Shown here: positions 1 to 8,413 of the stretch, piece by piece
Layout of the letters: the number at the start of each line of letters is the position of its first letter
Position numbering within the stretch: the first letter of the stretch is position 1
Assembly (NCBI GenBank): GCA_963847445.1
Contig: CAWJZV010000039.1
Coordinates: 1 to 17,744 of the forward strand
Direction: 5' to 3'
Source: an uncultured delta proteobacterium
Lineage (GTDB): Bacteria; Desulfobacterota; Binatia; UBA9968
DNA: 17,744 nucleotides
Program-made: the position numbers and the translations under genes
The notes under the pieces: generated by a model
Told to the model about the DNA's origin: nothing
The model's input: only the letters and a program-made list of their open reading frames with translations
Database searches by the model: none

Positions 1-2
1 TC

Positions 3-30
3 GTAGGGGCGAAAAATTTTTCGCCCCTAC
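3..30. repeat. GTAG-type REP, family 2 (perfect 28-bp palindrome GTAGGGGCGAAAAA/TTTTTCGCCCCTAC)
   Basis: Perfect inverted repeat read directly; shares the GTAGGGGCG...CGCCC frame with copies at 9997-10020, 10977-11002 and 15851-15876. Confidence 0.85.
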
Positions 31-79
31 AAGACCTTCGTGGTGAACAAATATCTCACGCATACCTCTGGAGTAGACC

Positions 80-505
80 ATGGCAGAAGAAAAAGTATTT
101 AAAAAACCTCTCCCCGAAGTCACCCCGGTCAACCAACCCTTCTGGGATGGCGCCAAAGCCGGCAAATTGATGATGCAGAAATGCGCCAACTGCTCCACCT
201 GGGTGTTCCCGCCGCGTCCGGTGTGCGGCGATTGCGCCAGCGAAAAACTCGACTGGGTGCAGGTCAGCGGCAAAGGCAAAGTCTTTTGCTTCACGATCAT
301 TCGTGAAGTCGTCGGCACCGCGCTGCGCGGCTTCGGGCCCGACATCCCCTATGTCACCGCTTGGGTCGATCTCGACGACGGCCCGCGCCTGTGCAGCAAC
401 GTCATCGGCTGCCCCATCGAGCAAGTGAAAATCGACATGCCGGTCGTGACCGTCTTCGAGGATACCGGGGACGGCATCACTCTGCCGAAGTTCAAACCGG
501 CGTAG
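80..505 (+). CDS. Zn-ribbon/OB-fold protein (DUF35 / ChsH2-like, putative acyl-CoA binding)
   Basis: PFWDG motif, CANC...FPPRPVCGDC zinc ribbon, PYVTAWVDLDDGPR OB-fold segment; GGAG RBS upstream of ATG. Confidence 0.9.
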   Translation: MAEEKVFKKPLPEVTPVNQPFWDGAKAGKLMMQKCANCSTWVFPPRPVCGDCASEKLDWVQVSGKGKVFCFTIIREVVGTALRGFGPDIPYVTAWVDLDDGPRLCSNVIGCPIEQVKIDMPVVTVFEDTGDGITLPKFKPA

Positions 506-512
506 CACCAAT

Positions 513-599
513 CGATGCGGTTCGCTTCGCTCACCACATCCTACGTGATGACGTCTTATTCCGCCGTGTAGGATGCGGTGACCAAAGGGAACCGCATCG
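513..599. repeat. REP doublet (REPIN/BIME-like), family 1: type A on minus strand (513-544) and type B on plus strand (568-599), GTAG ends facing inward
   Basis: Minus strand GTAG-GATGTGGT-GAGCGAAGCGA-ACCGCATC-G; plus strand GTAG-GATGCGGT-GACCAAAGGGA-ACCGCATC-G; 23-nt spacer; directly upstream of RAYT. Confidence 0.92.
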
Positions 600-624
600 C
601 CTTTGACCAAATGTTGGATCTCCA

Positions 625-1156
625 ATGACGGAATATCGCCGTCCATGGGTGCCGGGCGCCACTGGGTTTTTCACAGTCGCTTTGGCGGAACGAAAGGGGA
701 ACCGCTTACTACTAGACAAACTAGAGACCTTGCGTGCGGCAACCCGCTCGGTTCAATTAGATCACCCCTTCCAGATCGATGCCGTAGTCATCCTCCCAGA
801 ACATCTTCACTGCATCTGGACACTACCGCCGAAAGACTCCGACTTCGCGACGCGTTGGGGTCTGCTCAAGGGCCAATTTTCCCGCTCCATCGACAAAGGA
901 GAACCTCTATCACAAAGCAGGGCGAAAAGGGGCGAGCGAGGGATATGGCAGCGGCGCTTCTGGGAGCACCTCATTCGCGACGAGGACGACTTAAACGCCC
1001 ACATTGATTACATTCATTGGAACCCAGTTAAGCATGGATGGGCGCAGCGGGTCGCAGATTGGCCCCATTCCAGCTTCCATAGCATACGTGAAACGGGGAA
1101 TTTATTCGGCGGATTGGGGAGACGCGCCGGGTCCCGATCTCGCCGCCGGTGAATGA
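625..1156 (+). mobile_element. rayT: REP-associated tyrosine transposase (RAYT/TnpA-REP, HUH Y1 family); one apparent +1 frameshift at about 1081
   Basis: N-terminal YRR...FFTV, HUH motif LPEHLHCIW, IWQRRFWEHLIRDE, catalytic Tyr in DYIHWNPVKHG, WPHSSFH; removing one base at about 1081 restores the tail AYVKRGIYSADWG...AAGE ending at TGA 1154-1156; flanked on both sides by GTAG REPs. Confidence 0.95.
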
Positions 1157-1162
1157 CGGGAC

Positions 1163-1250
1163 CGATGCGGTTCGCTTCGCTCACCACATCCTACGAGCTA
1201 ACGTCTCGTTTGCATCTTGTAGGATGTGGTGACCAACGGGAACCGCATCG
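1163..1250. repeat. REP doublet, family 1: type A on minus strand (1163-1194) and type B on plus strand (1219-1250)
   Basis: 1163-1194 is identical to 513-544; 1219-1250 differs from 568-599 at two positions; both doublets are followed by CTTTGAC. Confidence 0.92.
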
Positions 1251-1272
1251 TCTTTGACTACCACGCGATCCT

Positions 1273-2134
1273 CTATCGCCCCGTAATCACCGCGATCCCC
1301 GCCACCAACATAATCGATCCGATCACCACCAACCGGGTGATCTTTTCTTCGCCGCGCAAGAATATCGCCGTGAATACGATTATGAACAGCGGCGTGGTGT
1401 TGAGGATCGGGCTCACCACCGAAACCTCGCCGGCGTGGAGCGCATGAAAGTTAAGAAGCTGGCCGACCAGGGCGAAAGACTGCGGCGACGCCGTAATAGG
1501 GCAAACAGCCGCCGCGAAACTTGAGCGAGCCGATTTGTCGTGAGACCGTCAGCGAAATCAGCAAGCATAGGAACGAGGTCGCGCTGCTGACCGTCGACGC
1601 GATCAAGGGCTCGTCCACCGTCAGCAAGCCCAGCTTGCGGATATTCTGCGACACCGACGCCAGCAGCGCCGCGCCGAGCGGAAACAAGATATCGATGGTG
1701 CGCCATTTGGCTTCGCCCTCCCGGCGATAGGACACCAGCCAGGTGCCCAGCACCGTTAACACCGCGCCCGCGTAGACCAACAACCCGGGCCGTTCGCTGA
1801 GAATGAAGAACGCCAGCACCATGGTGAATAGCGGCGCCGTGCCGCGCAGCGGTCCCGCGCGCGACACTCCGAGGCGGATAATGCCCATGTAAAACAGCAC
1901 ACGCACCATCGCCGGCTGAATGACGCCGCTGGCGACGAAATACAGATTGGCCGAATGAAAAATCTTTTCGCTGGGAAACCGCAGGAAGATAAACGGCACC
2001 AGGAACAACACCGAGACCAGAAAACTGACAAACGCCGCGGTCGATGCGTTGGAGAACTTCGTTCCCTTGCGCACCAGGATCGAATCCACCGCCCACGTCG
2101 CCGCCGATAACAGCGCCCAGATCTCGCCGCTCAT
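1273..2134 (-). CDS. EamA/DMT family transporter (one apparent +1 frameshift at about 1476)
   Basis: Hydrophobic two-repeat protein with LGVSRAGPLRGTAPLF; after removing one base of the A run at 1475-1477 it continues FALVGQLLNFHALHAGEVSVVSPILNTTPLF...ITGR-TAG, about 286 aa; start at MSGEIW is inferred. Confidence 0.85.
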
Positions 2135-2286
2135 GCTTGATGCGAACCTCATGCCGTACTTTCGACCCTTAGCATAGCCGCTGCGGCCAAGATACAAGCC
2201 GCCTTGTGGGTTTTAGTTGTATTCGATTTTTTCGCAATATATGTTGGCGCGAAGCAAATTTCGTTACGATTTGTGCCGAGGAATTC

Positions 2287-2849
2287 ATGAAAAAACTGTT
2301 GGGTTTGTTGGTGATGAGCGGTGCGGTGACCGCGGCATTGTTTTTGTTAACCAGCCTTTCCGGCCCCGGCGGCGGACAGCCCAGTCAAGCGATCACGCTC
2401 AAGCCCGGATCGCAGGTGCAGGAGGGCTCCATCGTCACCATCGAATACACCCTCACCGACGACGACGGCAAAGACGATCGACACCAGCGTCGGCAAAGAA
2501 CCGCTCACCTACATTCACGGCGCCGGACAAATCGTCAAGGGCTTGGAGCGCGAACTCAACGGCCTCAAGGTCGGCGATCAGAAGAAAGTCAGCGTCAAAC
2601 CGGAAGACGGCTACGGCCTGCCGAATGATAAAGCCTTCCAGGAAATCCCCCGGGAGAAGGTTCCCGCCGAGGCGCTAAAGGAGGGCGAGACGCTGATGAT
2701 GAAATCGCCCGACGGCCGCGCCATCCCGATCAAGATCGCGCAAGGTGAATGAAAAAACCGTCGTGGTCGACTTCAATCATCCCCTCGCCGGCAAGACACT
2801 GCACTTCGACGTCAAGGTCAAAGACATCAAAGCCGCCGAAACCCGATAA
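2287..2849 (+). CDS. FKBP-type peptidyl-prolyl isomerase, SlyD-like, with N-terminal signal/anchor (apparent +1 frameshifts at about 2471 and 2741)
   Basis: Spliced across three frames: VTIEYTLTDDDGK-TIDTSVGKEPLTYIHGAGQIVKGLERELNG...VKPEDGYG...VVDFNHPLAGKTLHFDVKVKDIK; hydrophobic N-terminus MKKLLGLLVMSGAVTAALFLL. Confidence 0.88.
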
Positions 2850-2852
2850 CCA

Positions 2853-2933
2853 GAGATAGAGACGTGAGATAGAGACCGCCCACAGCCGACGCGAACTCCG
2901 ACGGTCACTGTCTCTATCTCAAATCTCTATCGC
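2853..2933. repeat. Intergenic inverted repeat built from 13-bp-period GAGATAGAGAC units
   Basis: GAGATAGAGAC at 2853 and 2866; GTCTCTATCTC at 2910 and ATCTCTATCGC at 2923; arms match 21/24 around a 33-nt loop. Confidence 0.8.
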
Positions 2934-2964
2934 TCCAGCCAGCTCCATCACTCCATTGCCTCCC

Positions 2965-4235
2965 ATGCGCCCCAAGTTCTTCTACGGCTACGTCATCATC
3001 GCTCTATGCTTTGCCAACATGGTGGTGATGCGCGGCGTCAATGGCGCCTTCGGCGTTTACTTTCTCGCTTTGCTGGAAGAGTTCCCTTGGTCGCGCAGCG
3101 CCGGCGCCAGCATCGCGTCGGCGAACTTTTTCGTCTACGCCATCGCCTCGCCGCTGGTCGGTCTCGCCTTCGACCGCTTCGGTCCGCGCGTGCTCATGCC
3201 GCTGGGCGCATTCTTGACCGGCCTTGGACTCGTGCTGTCATCTTTTGCCCACTCCCTCGGCGGCCTGTATTTTACCTACGGCATCGTCACCGCCTTGGGC
3301 CAAGGCGCTCTCAGTTTCGTCGGCCATAATGCGCTGATCTCATTTTGGTTCGTGCGCAAGCGCGCCACCGCCATCGGCATCGCCTCCATGGGCCAAGGGC
3401 TTGGGCGCGCTGGTCATGGTGCCGGCGACGCAATTGCTGGTCAGCTCCATCGGTTGGCGTTGGACCTACGTCGCCACCGGCGGTCTACTGCTGCTCGTCT
3501 TGGTTCCGGCCAACGCTTTCTTTCAACGCCGCACGCCGGCGGAGGTCGGCCAGTTTCCCGACGGCGACGCCGCGCCGTCGAGCGGCGCCGCCGCCGGCCG
3601 GCACGGCGCGAAACATCGAAGGCCAGCGCGACTGGACCCTCGGCCAGGCGGCGCGTTCGTTTCCATTCTGGTGCATCACCATCGGCCACTTGGCGCTCGG
3701 CACCGCGCTGTTCATGATCAACACCCACGCCATCGCCCATTTCGTCGCCGTCGGCTACGAAAAATTGGCGGCGTCTTTTTACTTCGGCTTCATCGGCTTC
3801 ATCCGCATCGGCGCGACGTTGATATGGGGATCGCTCTCCGACCGGCTCGGCCGCAGCCAAACCTACGGCGTCGCCACCGCCGTCACCGCGCTCGGCGTCG
3901 CCGGCATGATCGCCATGACCTTCGGCGCGCCGCTCTGGCTGGTCTATCTCACCATCGCTCTCTACGGCATCGGCCACAGCGCCGGCAACCCAACCTACGG
4001 CTCGGTCATCGGCGATATTTTTTCCGGCCGCAAGATCGGTTTGATTTTCGGATTTCTCGAAATCAGCTTCGGCTTCGGCAGCGCCTTCGGCTCCTGGATC
4101 GGCGGCTATCTGTTCGACACCACCGGCAGCTACGCCTGGTCGTTTGGCGTCTGTCTCCTCTGCTTCATCATCTCCGGCCTGGCGATTCACCTCTGCGTCC
4201 GTTGGCACAGCCGGGAAATGGCCCGCGCCCATTGA
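2965..4235 (+). CDS. MFS transporter (OFA/MCT-like); apparent +1 frameshifts at about 3404 and 3600-3625
   Basis: FFYGYVII start, MFS motif A in both halves (GLAFDRFGPR; GSLSDRLGRS), WFVRKRATAIGIASMG; about 422 aa after joining three frames. Confidence 0.9.
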
Positions 4236-4282
4236 CAGCGCCGCATACAGCCGCCTAATAAATGCTCGGGAACGGATTGGAT

Positions 4283-4317
4283 TTCACCACAACGACATGC
4301 GCGGCATAGCCGAAACC
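4283..4317 (-). repeat. GGTTGCGGC-NNN-GCCGCGC...GTGGTGA hairpin family, copy 1 (degenerate)
   Basis: Minus strand reads GGTTTCGGC-TAT-GCCGCGCATGTCGTTGTGGTGAA. Confidence 0.7.
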
Positions 4318-4320
4318 GAT

Positions 4321-4475
4321 ATTCGGAATATCTCGCGCAAAGGGCGCAATGGAAGAACGTTGTCATATCGAACGGAGAGAGAAATCCTTCTAGATCCCTC
4401 GCCTTCGCTCGGGATGACAGACCTGTGGTCTGTCACTTTGCGACCTTGGCGTCCTTGGCGCGAGAATATCCGAAT
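4321..4475. repeat. Nested palindromic element: outer arms 4321-4352 and about 4444-4475 enclosing a TGTC-type REP doublet (4361-4386, 4393-4419)
   Basis: Left ATTCGGAATATCTCGCGCAAAGGGCGCAATGG versus reverse complement of right ATTCGGATATTCTCGCGCCAAGGACGCCAAGG; inner minus-strand TGTCATCCCGAGCGAAGGCGAGGGATC with a degenerate partner; extra hairpin TGACAGACC-tgt-GGTCTGTCA at 4415-4435. Confidence 0.75.
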
Positions 4476-4494
4476 TGAAACCTAAGGAGCAATC

Positions 4495-5488
4495 ATGAAC
4501 TTCTGTCTACATGGTTCGGCGCGCACGGTGAACGAAGCCGTCGAGCGCGCCAAACGCGCCGAAGCCCTCGGCTTCGAGGCGATTTTTTTCGCCGACAGCC
4601 AGATGAACAACGTCGACCCCTACCAGGCGATGGCGCTGTGCGCCGTCAACACGAAAACCATCCGCTTCGGCACGGCGGTGACCAACATGGTCTACCGCGA
4701 TCCGACGATCACGGCGTGCTCCTACGCGACGCTGAATGAAATCTCCGACGGCCGCGCCATCGTCGGCATGGGCACCGGCGATGGGCCGGTGTACAGCCTG
4801 GGCCGAACCGCGACCAAGCTCGTCGACTTCGAGAAAGGGCTGCGCGTGATCCGCGACCTGCTCCATGACCGCGGCATCGACGTTCCGAAGAGCCATGAGC
4901 GCGCAGGCGGCAATGGTCAAATTCAAAGCCGGCAAGCGGCCGGTGCCGATTTACATCTCGGCGGAAGGGCCGAAAACCCTGCGCGTCGCCGGCCGCACCT
5001 GCGATGGCATCATTCTGGGCACCGGCTTCGACAAGCAGGTCACCGACTGGGCGCGCCAGCGGCTCGCCGAAGGCGCCAAAGACGAAGGGCGAACCTTGGC
5101 CGACATCGACATCATGCCCGCCGGCATGATCGTCGTCGACGACGACGGCGATCTGGCGCGCCGGCGTGTGCGCAGCCGCATGGCCAACCGTGCCCATCAT
5201 AATTTTCGTTTCACCATGGAGACCGTGCCCGAAGGCGAGGCCGCCGGCATTCAAAAATTCATGGACAATTTCGACATCGCGAAACCGATCGAAGAGCGCG
5301 TCGATCCCGACTTCGTCACCGATTACTTGCTCGAACGCTTCACCATCGCCGGCACGCCCGCCGAATGCATCGCCAAAGTGAAAAGGCTCGAAGCCGACGG
5401 CATAACGCGAATACTCCTCACACCGCCCAACGCCATTTACGATCAAGTCATGGACAAGTGGGGCAGGCAGGTAATCGAAAAATACTAG
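4495..5488 (+). CDS. LLM-class (luciferase-like, Mer-like) flavin- or F420-dependent oxidoreductase; apparent +1 frameshift at about 4915
   Basis: AEALGFEAIFFADS, IRFGTAVTN...RDP, TLNEISDGRAIVGMGTGD, PIYISAEGPKTLRVAG..DG, IAGTPAEC; AAGGAG RBS. Confidence 0.9.
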
Positions 5489-5614
5489 CAGGCTGCTGAA
5501 AAAGACCCATATGCTTCGTTGCGCTCAATCGCCTCGCGTCAACGTACTGCCGATGTACGCCTCCGCTCGCCGATTTTTCGCGCGCCTTGCCTCTGGATCT
5601 TTTAAGCAACCTGC
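5488..5614. mobile_element. 127-bp MITE-like element with terminal inverted repeats and TA flanks
   Basis: Left GCAGGCTGCTGAAAA versus right reverse complement GCAGGTTGCTTAAAA (13/15); TA at 5486-5487 and 5615-5616; internal CGTAC...GTACG stem. Confidence 0.8.
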
Positions 5615-5648
5615 TAAAGGTCACAAGTCGGAGGGCAAATATTCCGGG

Positions 5649-5679
5649 CGATCATCGATCCTCAATCCTCGATCATCGA
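5649..5679. repeat. Tandem heptamer array (CGATCMT-like, about 4 units)
   Basis: CGATCAT CGATCCT CAATCCT CGATCAT CGA. Confidence 0.8.
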
Positions 5680-6021
5680 CCTTACTGCTACTTGTCGCCC
5701 TGCCGGCAATTCCGGCAATCGCCCAAGGACAAATCAAACTACGCGAGGCTATGTCGAAGCCATCGGCCGCATCAAACGCAGCCCCGACTCGGCTTACCGC
5801 GCGCTATCGCGCTACACCGGCGTCAGCGACGCCGCCGCCTGGGAGAAATCCGCAAATTCTACGCCGACAGCTTCGCCAGCGTGCCACGCACGGAATCGAA
5901 CGGCTGGCGCAATCTCATCGCTACGCTAGGCAAAAGCGAAGCGGAGATGGTCCGCTTGATCGACATGAGCTTGCTCGATGAGCTGCAGCGGGAAGGATTC
6001 TTCGAACGGATGGACAAGTAG
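5676..6021 (+). pseudogene. Internally deleted NitT/TauT-type ABC substrate-binding protein remnant
   Basis: Signal-peptide-like LLLLVALPAIPAIAQGQIKLR joins at about 5745, in another frame, to C-terminal RGYVEAIGRIKRSPDSAYRALSRYTGVSD and then FYADSFASVP...IDMSLLDELQREGFFERMDK-stop; no start codon evident. Confidence 0.7.
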
Positions 6022-6165
6022 ACTCGATTTGCTCGCTACATCGTCATCGCCAACAAAGATAAATATTCTGGCGAATTGAAACACCCGATTCGTTGAGTTC
6101 ACCTGCGTCACCATGTACCCTTGATAAACAATCCAATCGCAGTAAATGCGTGAGAGGGGAACTAA

Positions 6166-6810
6166 ATGCAGGTTAAACGTATCACTTGGGTCGCCGCCGC
6201 CAAGATTTCGCTGTCGCTGATGGTCATGTTCGCTATTTCATTCTCGGTTGCCGCCGCGGAGAAAGCCAAGAACGATCTGGTCGTCAAAGATGGCATGCTG
6301 GTGAGCATGGATTACACGCTCAAGGGCACCGACGGCAAAGTGATCGATACCAACAAAGGTCGTGAACCTCTCAAATATGTCCACGGGCAAAAGATGATGA
6401 TCCCCGGTCTGGAGAGAGAGCTCACCGGCATGAAGGTCGGCGGCGAGAAGAACGTCACGGTCAAACCGGAAGACGCCTATGGGCCGATTAACAAGAATGC
6501 CTTTCAAGAAGTCCCGAAAGAAAAACTTCCCGCCAATGGTTTGAAAGTCGGCGCCGTAATGGCGGCGAAGAGTCCCGAGGGGCAAGTCGTGCCCATGCGC
6601 GTCCATGAAATCAAAGACAGCACTGTGGTCATGGACATGAACCATCCGATGGCCGGCAAGACTCTGGTCTTCAACGTCAAGATCGTCGACATCCAGCCGG
6701 CACCGCCGCCAGCGGCTGCCAAGCCAGCGGCTCCGGCGAAACCTGCGGAACCGGCTAAGCCGGCAACTCCGGCGCAACCGGCAAAACCCGCGGACCCTGC
6801 GATAAAATAA
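6166..6810 (+). CDS. FKBP-type peptidyl-prolyl isomerase, SlyD-like, with signal peptide and Pro/Ala/Lys-rich tail
   Basis: VSMDYTLKGTDGKVIDT..GREPLKYVHG...IPGLERELTG...VKPEDAYG...DMNHPMAGKTLVFNVKIVDI; hydrophobic N-terminus ending VAAA; (PAK/PAx)n tail. Confidence 0.92.
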   Translation: MQVKRITWVAAAKISLSLMVMFAISFSVAAAEKAKNDLVVKDGMLVSMDYTLKGTDGKVIDTNKGREPLKYVHGQKMMIPGLERELTGMKVGGEKNVTVKPEDAYGPINKNAFQEVPKEKLPANGLKVGAVMAAKSPEGQVVPMRVHEIKDSTVVMDMNHPMAGKTLVFNVKIVDIQPAPPPAAAKPAAPAKPAEPAKPATPAQPAKPADPAIK

Positions 6811-6829
6811 CCGGACGAGTCACCCGTTT

Positions 6830-7581
6830 ATGGAGCTGGAAGAATTCGCCGCCCGAGTGCGTGAGTCGCAAGAGCTGGTTTTTTTCACCGGCGCCGGCAT
6901 CAGCACCGAATCCGGCGTGCCCGATTTCCGCAGCCCCGGCGGCGTCTGGACGAAATACCAGCCGGTGCTGTTCCAAGATTTTCTCGCCAGCGAAGCCGCG
7001 CGGGTGCAGCACTGGCAGCTCAAGAAAGCCACCTACGAGCTTTTCAAAACCGTCAAACCCAACATCGGCCACCAGGCGATCTGTGAATTCGAACAGCGCG
7101 GTCAATTGCTCGGCTTGATCACGCAGAATATCGACGGCCTGCACAAGCTCGCCGGCACTTCGGACAGCCGTTTGGTCGAGCTGCACGGCACCGATCGTTT
7201 CGTCACCTGCCTCAAGTGCGGCAAGGCTTTTCAACCCGCTGATGTCTACGAGATGTGGCAAGAAGGACTGCCGACGCCGACCTGCGACGCCTGCGGCGGT
7301 TTCTTGAAATCCGCCAATGTCTCGTTCGGCCAATCGATGCCGGTCGAAGCGATGCAGCGCGCCCAGCGCTGGAGCGAGCAAGCCGATATCTTCCTCGTCA
7401 TCGGCTCATCCTTGCAAGTGCAACCGGCGGCATCCTTTCCCGGTCATCGCCAAACGCAGCGGCGCGCTCCTCGGCCATCGTCAATCGCGACCCGACACCG
7501 CTCGACGACCTCGCCGACTTCATTCATAATGGCGCCATCGGCGAATTCTTTACCCAGCTCAAGATCCTGCTCGATCACTAA
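6830..7581 (+). CDS. Sir2-family NAD-dependent protein deacylase; apparent +1 frameshifts at about 7440 and 7473
   Basis: FTGAGISTESGVPDFR, ITQNIDGLH, ELHG, CLKC/CDAC zinc site, IGSSLQVQPAA; corrected tail FPVIAKRSGALLAIVNRDPTPLDDLAD...LLDH-stop. Confidence 0.93.
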
Positions 7582-7729
7582 ATAGCCTCGGAAAATCATT
7601 GTCCAAGAACGCCGTAGGCAAGAGATTGCCGTGCAGAAATGCGCTTCATGCCTACCAGCTCACTCAAGCCAAAGCTTTCGTCGAAGGGGCGGCTAGCAAA
7701 CCATCGCCGCAGGCGCAGCTACTGACAGA

Positions 7730-8329
7730 ATGGCAACCATCGAAAACATCCTCACCTACTGGTTCGGCGCCAATCCCGGCGAAGCCGCGATGGCCAAAGA
7801 CCGCGCCGATTTGTGGTGGTCGAAAAATGCCGAAGTCGACAGCGAGATTCGCCGGCGGTTCGAGGGCAGCCTTGAGCTCGCCGCGGAGGAAAAACTCGAC
7901 CCGTGGCTCGCCGAGCCGCGCGGCCGGCTCGCGCTGATAATTCTAACCGATCAATTTCCGCGCAACATCTACCGTGATTCGCCGCTGGCTTTCAGCTTCG
8001 ACGCGAAAGCGCTTTCGTGCAGTCTCGAAGGCGTCGAACTGAGCCACGACCGATTACTACAGCCCATCGAGAGAGCTTTCTTCTATCTGCCGCTGGAGCA
8101 TTCAGAATTGCTGGAGCATCAAGAGCGGTCGGTTCTTATGTTTGGCAATCTCGTGCCGCTGGTCGCGGCAGAACAAAAAGAAATCTTCGAGCAATATTTA
8201 AGCTTCGCCATCCTGCACCGCGATATCATCGCGCGCTTTGGCCGCTTCCCGCACCGTAATCGAATCCTCGGCCGGTCATCGACGGCCGAAGAGATACATT
8301 TTCTCTCCCAGCCCGGCTCTTCGTTCTGA
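7730..8329 (+). CDS. DUF924 family protein
   Basis: ILTYWFG, LALIILTDQFPRNIYR, FFYLPLEHSE, HRDIIARFGRFPHRNRILGRSST.EE. Confidence 0.93.
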   Translation: MATIENILTYWFGANPGEAAMAKDRADLWWSKNAEVDSEIRRRFEGSLELAAEEKLDPWLAEPRGRLALIILTDQFPRNIYRDSPLAFSFDAKALSCSLEGVELSHDRLLQPIERAFFYLPLEHSELLEHQERSVLMFGNLVPLVAAEQKEIFEQYLSFAILHRDIIARFGRFPHRNRILGRSSTAEEIHFLSQPGSSF

Positions 8330-8413
8330 TCCGACGTTGATTGTGCCGCTTGTGGACAATGATTTCCAATTCCGCCAATTGCGCTTGTGATTTTGTACGA
8401 TGGACAGTGCAAG

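Noticed and set aside
56-646. 196-aa minus-strand ORF and other long antisense ORFs (3441-4232, 4709-5446, 10093-10989, 12407-13126, 16592-17425)
   Set aside because: Shadow frames opposite well-supported genes in GC-rich DNA, with no recognisable motifs
513-1250. CRISPR-like array (32-bp repeats with short spacers)
   Set aside because: Repeats alternate in orientation, carry GTAG tags and flank a RAYT; there is no direct-repeat/unique-spacer periodicity and no cas gene
4144-4485. 113-aa ORF across the MFS-LLM gap
   Set aside because: Runs through nested repeats and overlaps the MFS end; no protein family signal
5511-5981. 156-aa ORF as an intact gene
   Set aside because: Starts inside the MITE and reads through the heptamer array and out-of-frame parts of the SBP remnant
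1081-7473. Programmed ribosomal frameshifting in several genes
   Set aside because: No shared slippery sequence or stimulatory structure; the genes are unrelated and all shifts are +1, which fits sequencing error better
6830-7581. Sirtuin as an anti-phage defence effector (ThsA/DSR-type SIR2)
   Set aside because: It is a standalone protein of about 250 aa with the canonical zinc-binding deacylase motifs and no defence partner genes nearby
7614-7655. Possible third GTAG REP pair (GTAGGCA...TGCCTAC) between sirtuin and DUF924
   Set aside because: Only 7 bp of inverted match and no convincing paired hairpins or other copies in the window
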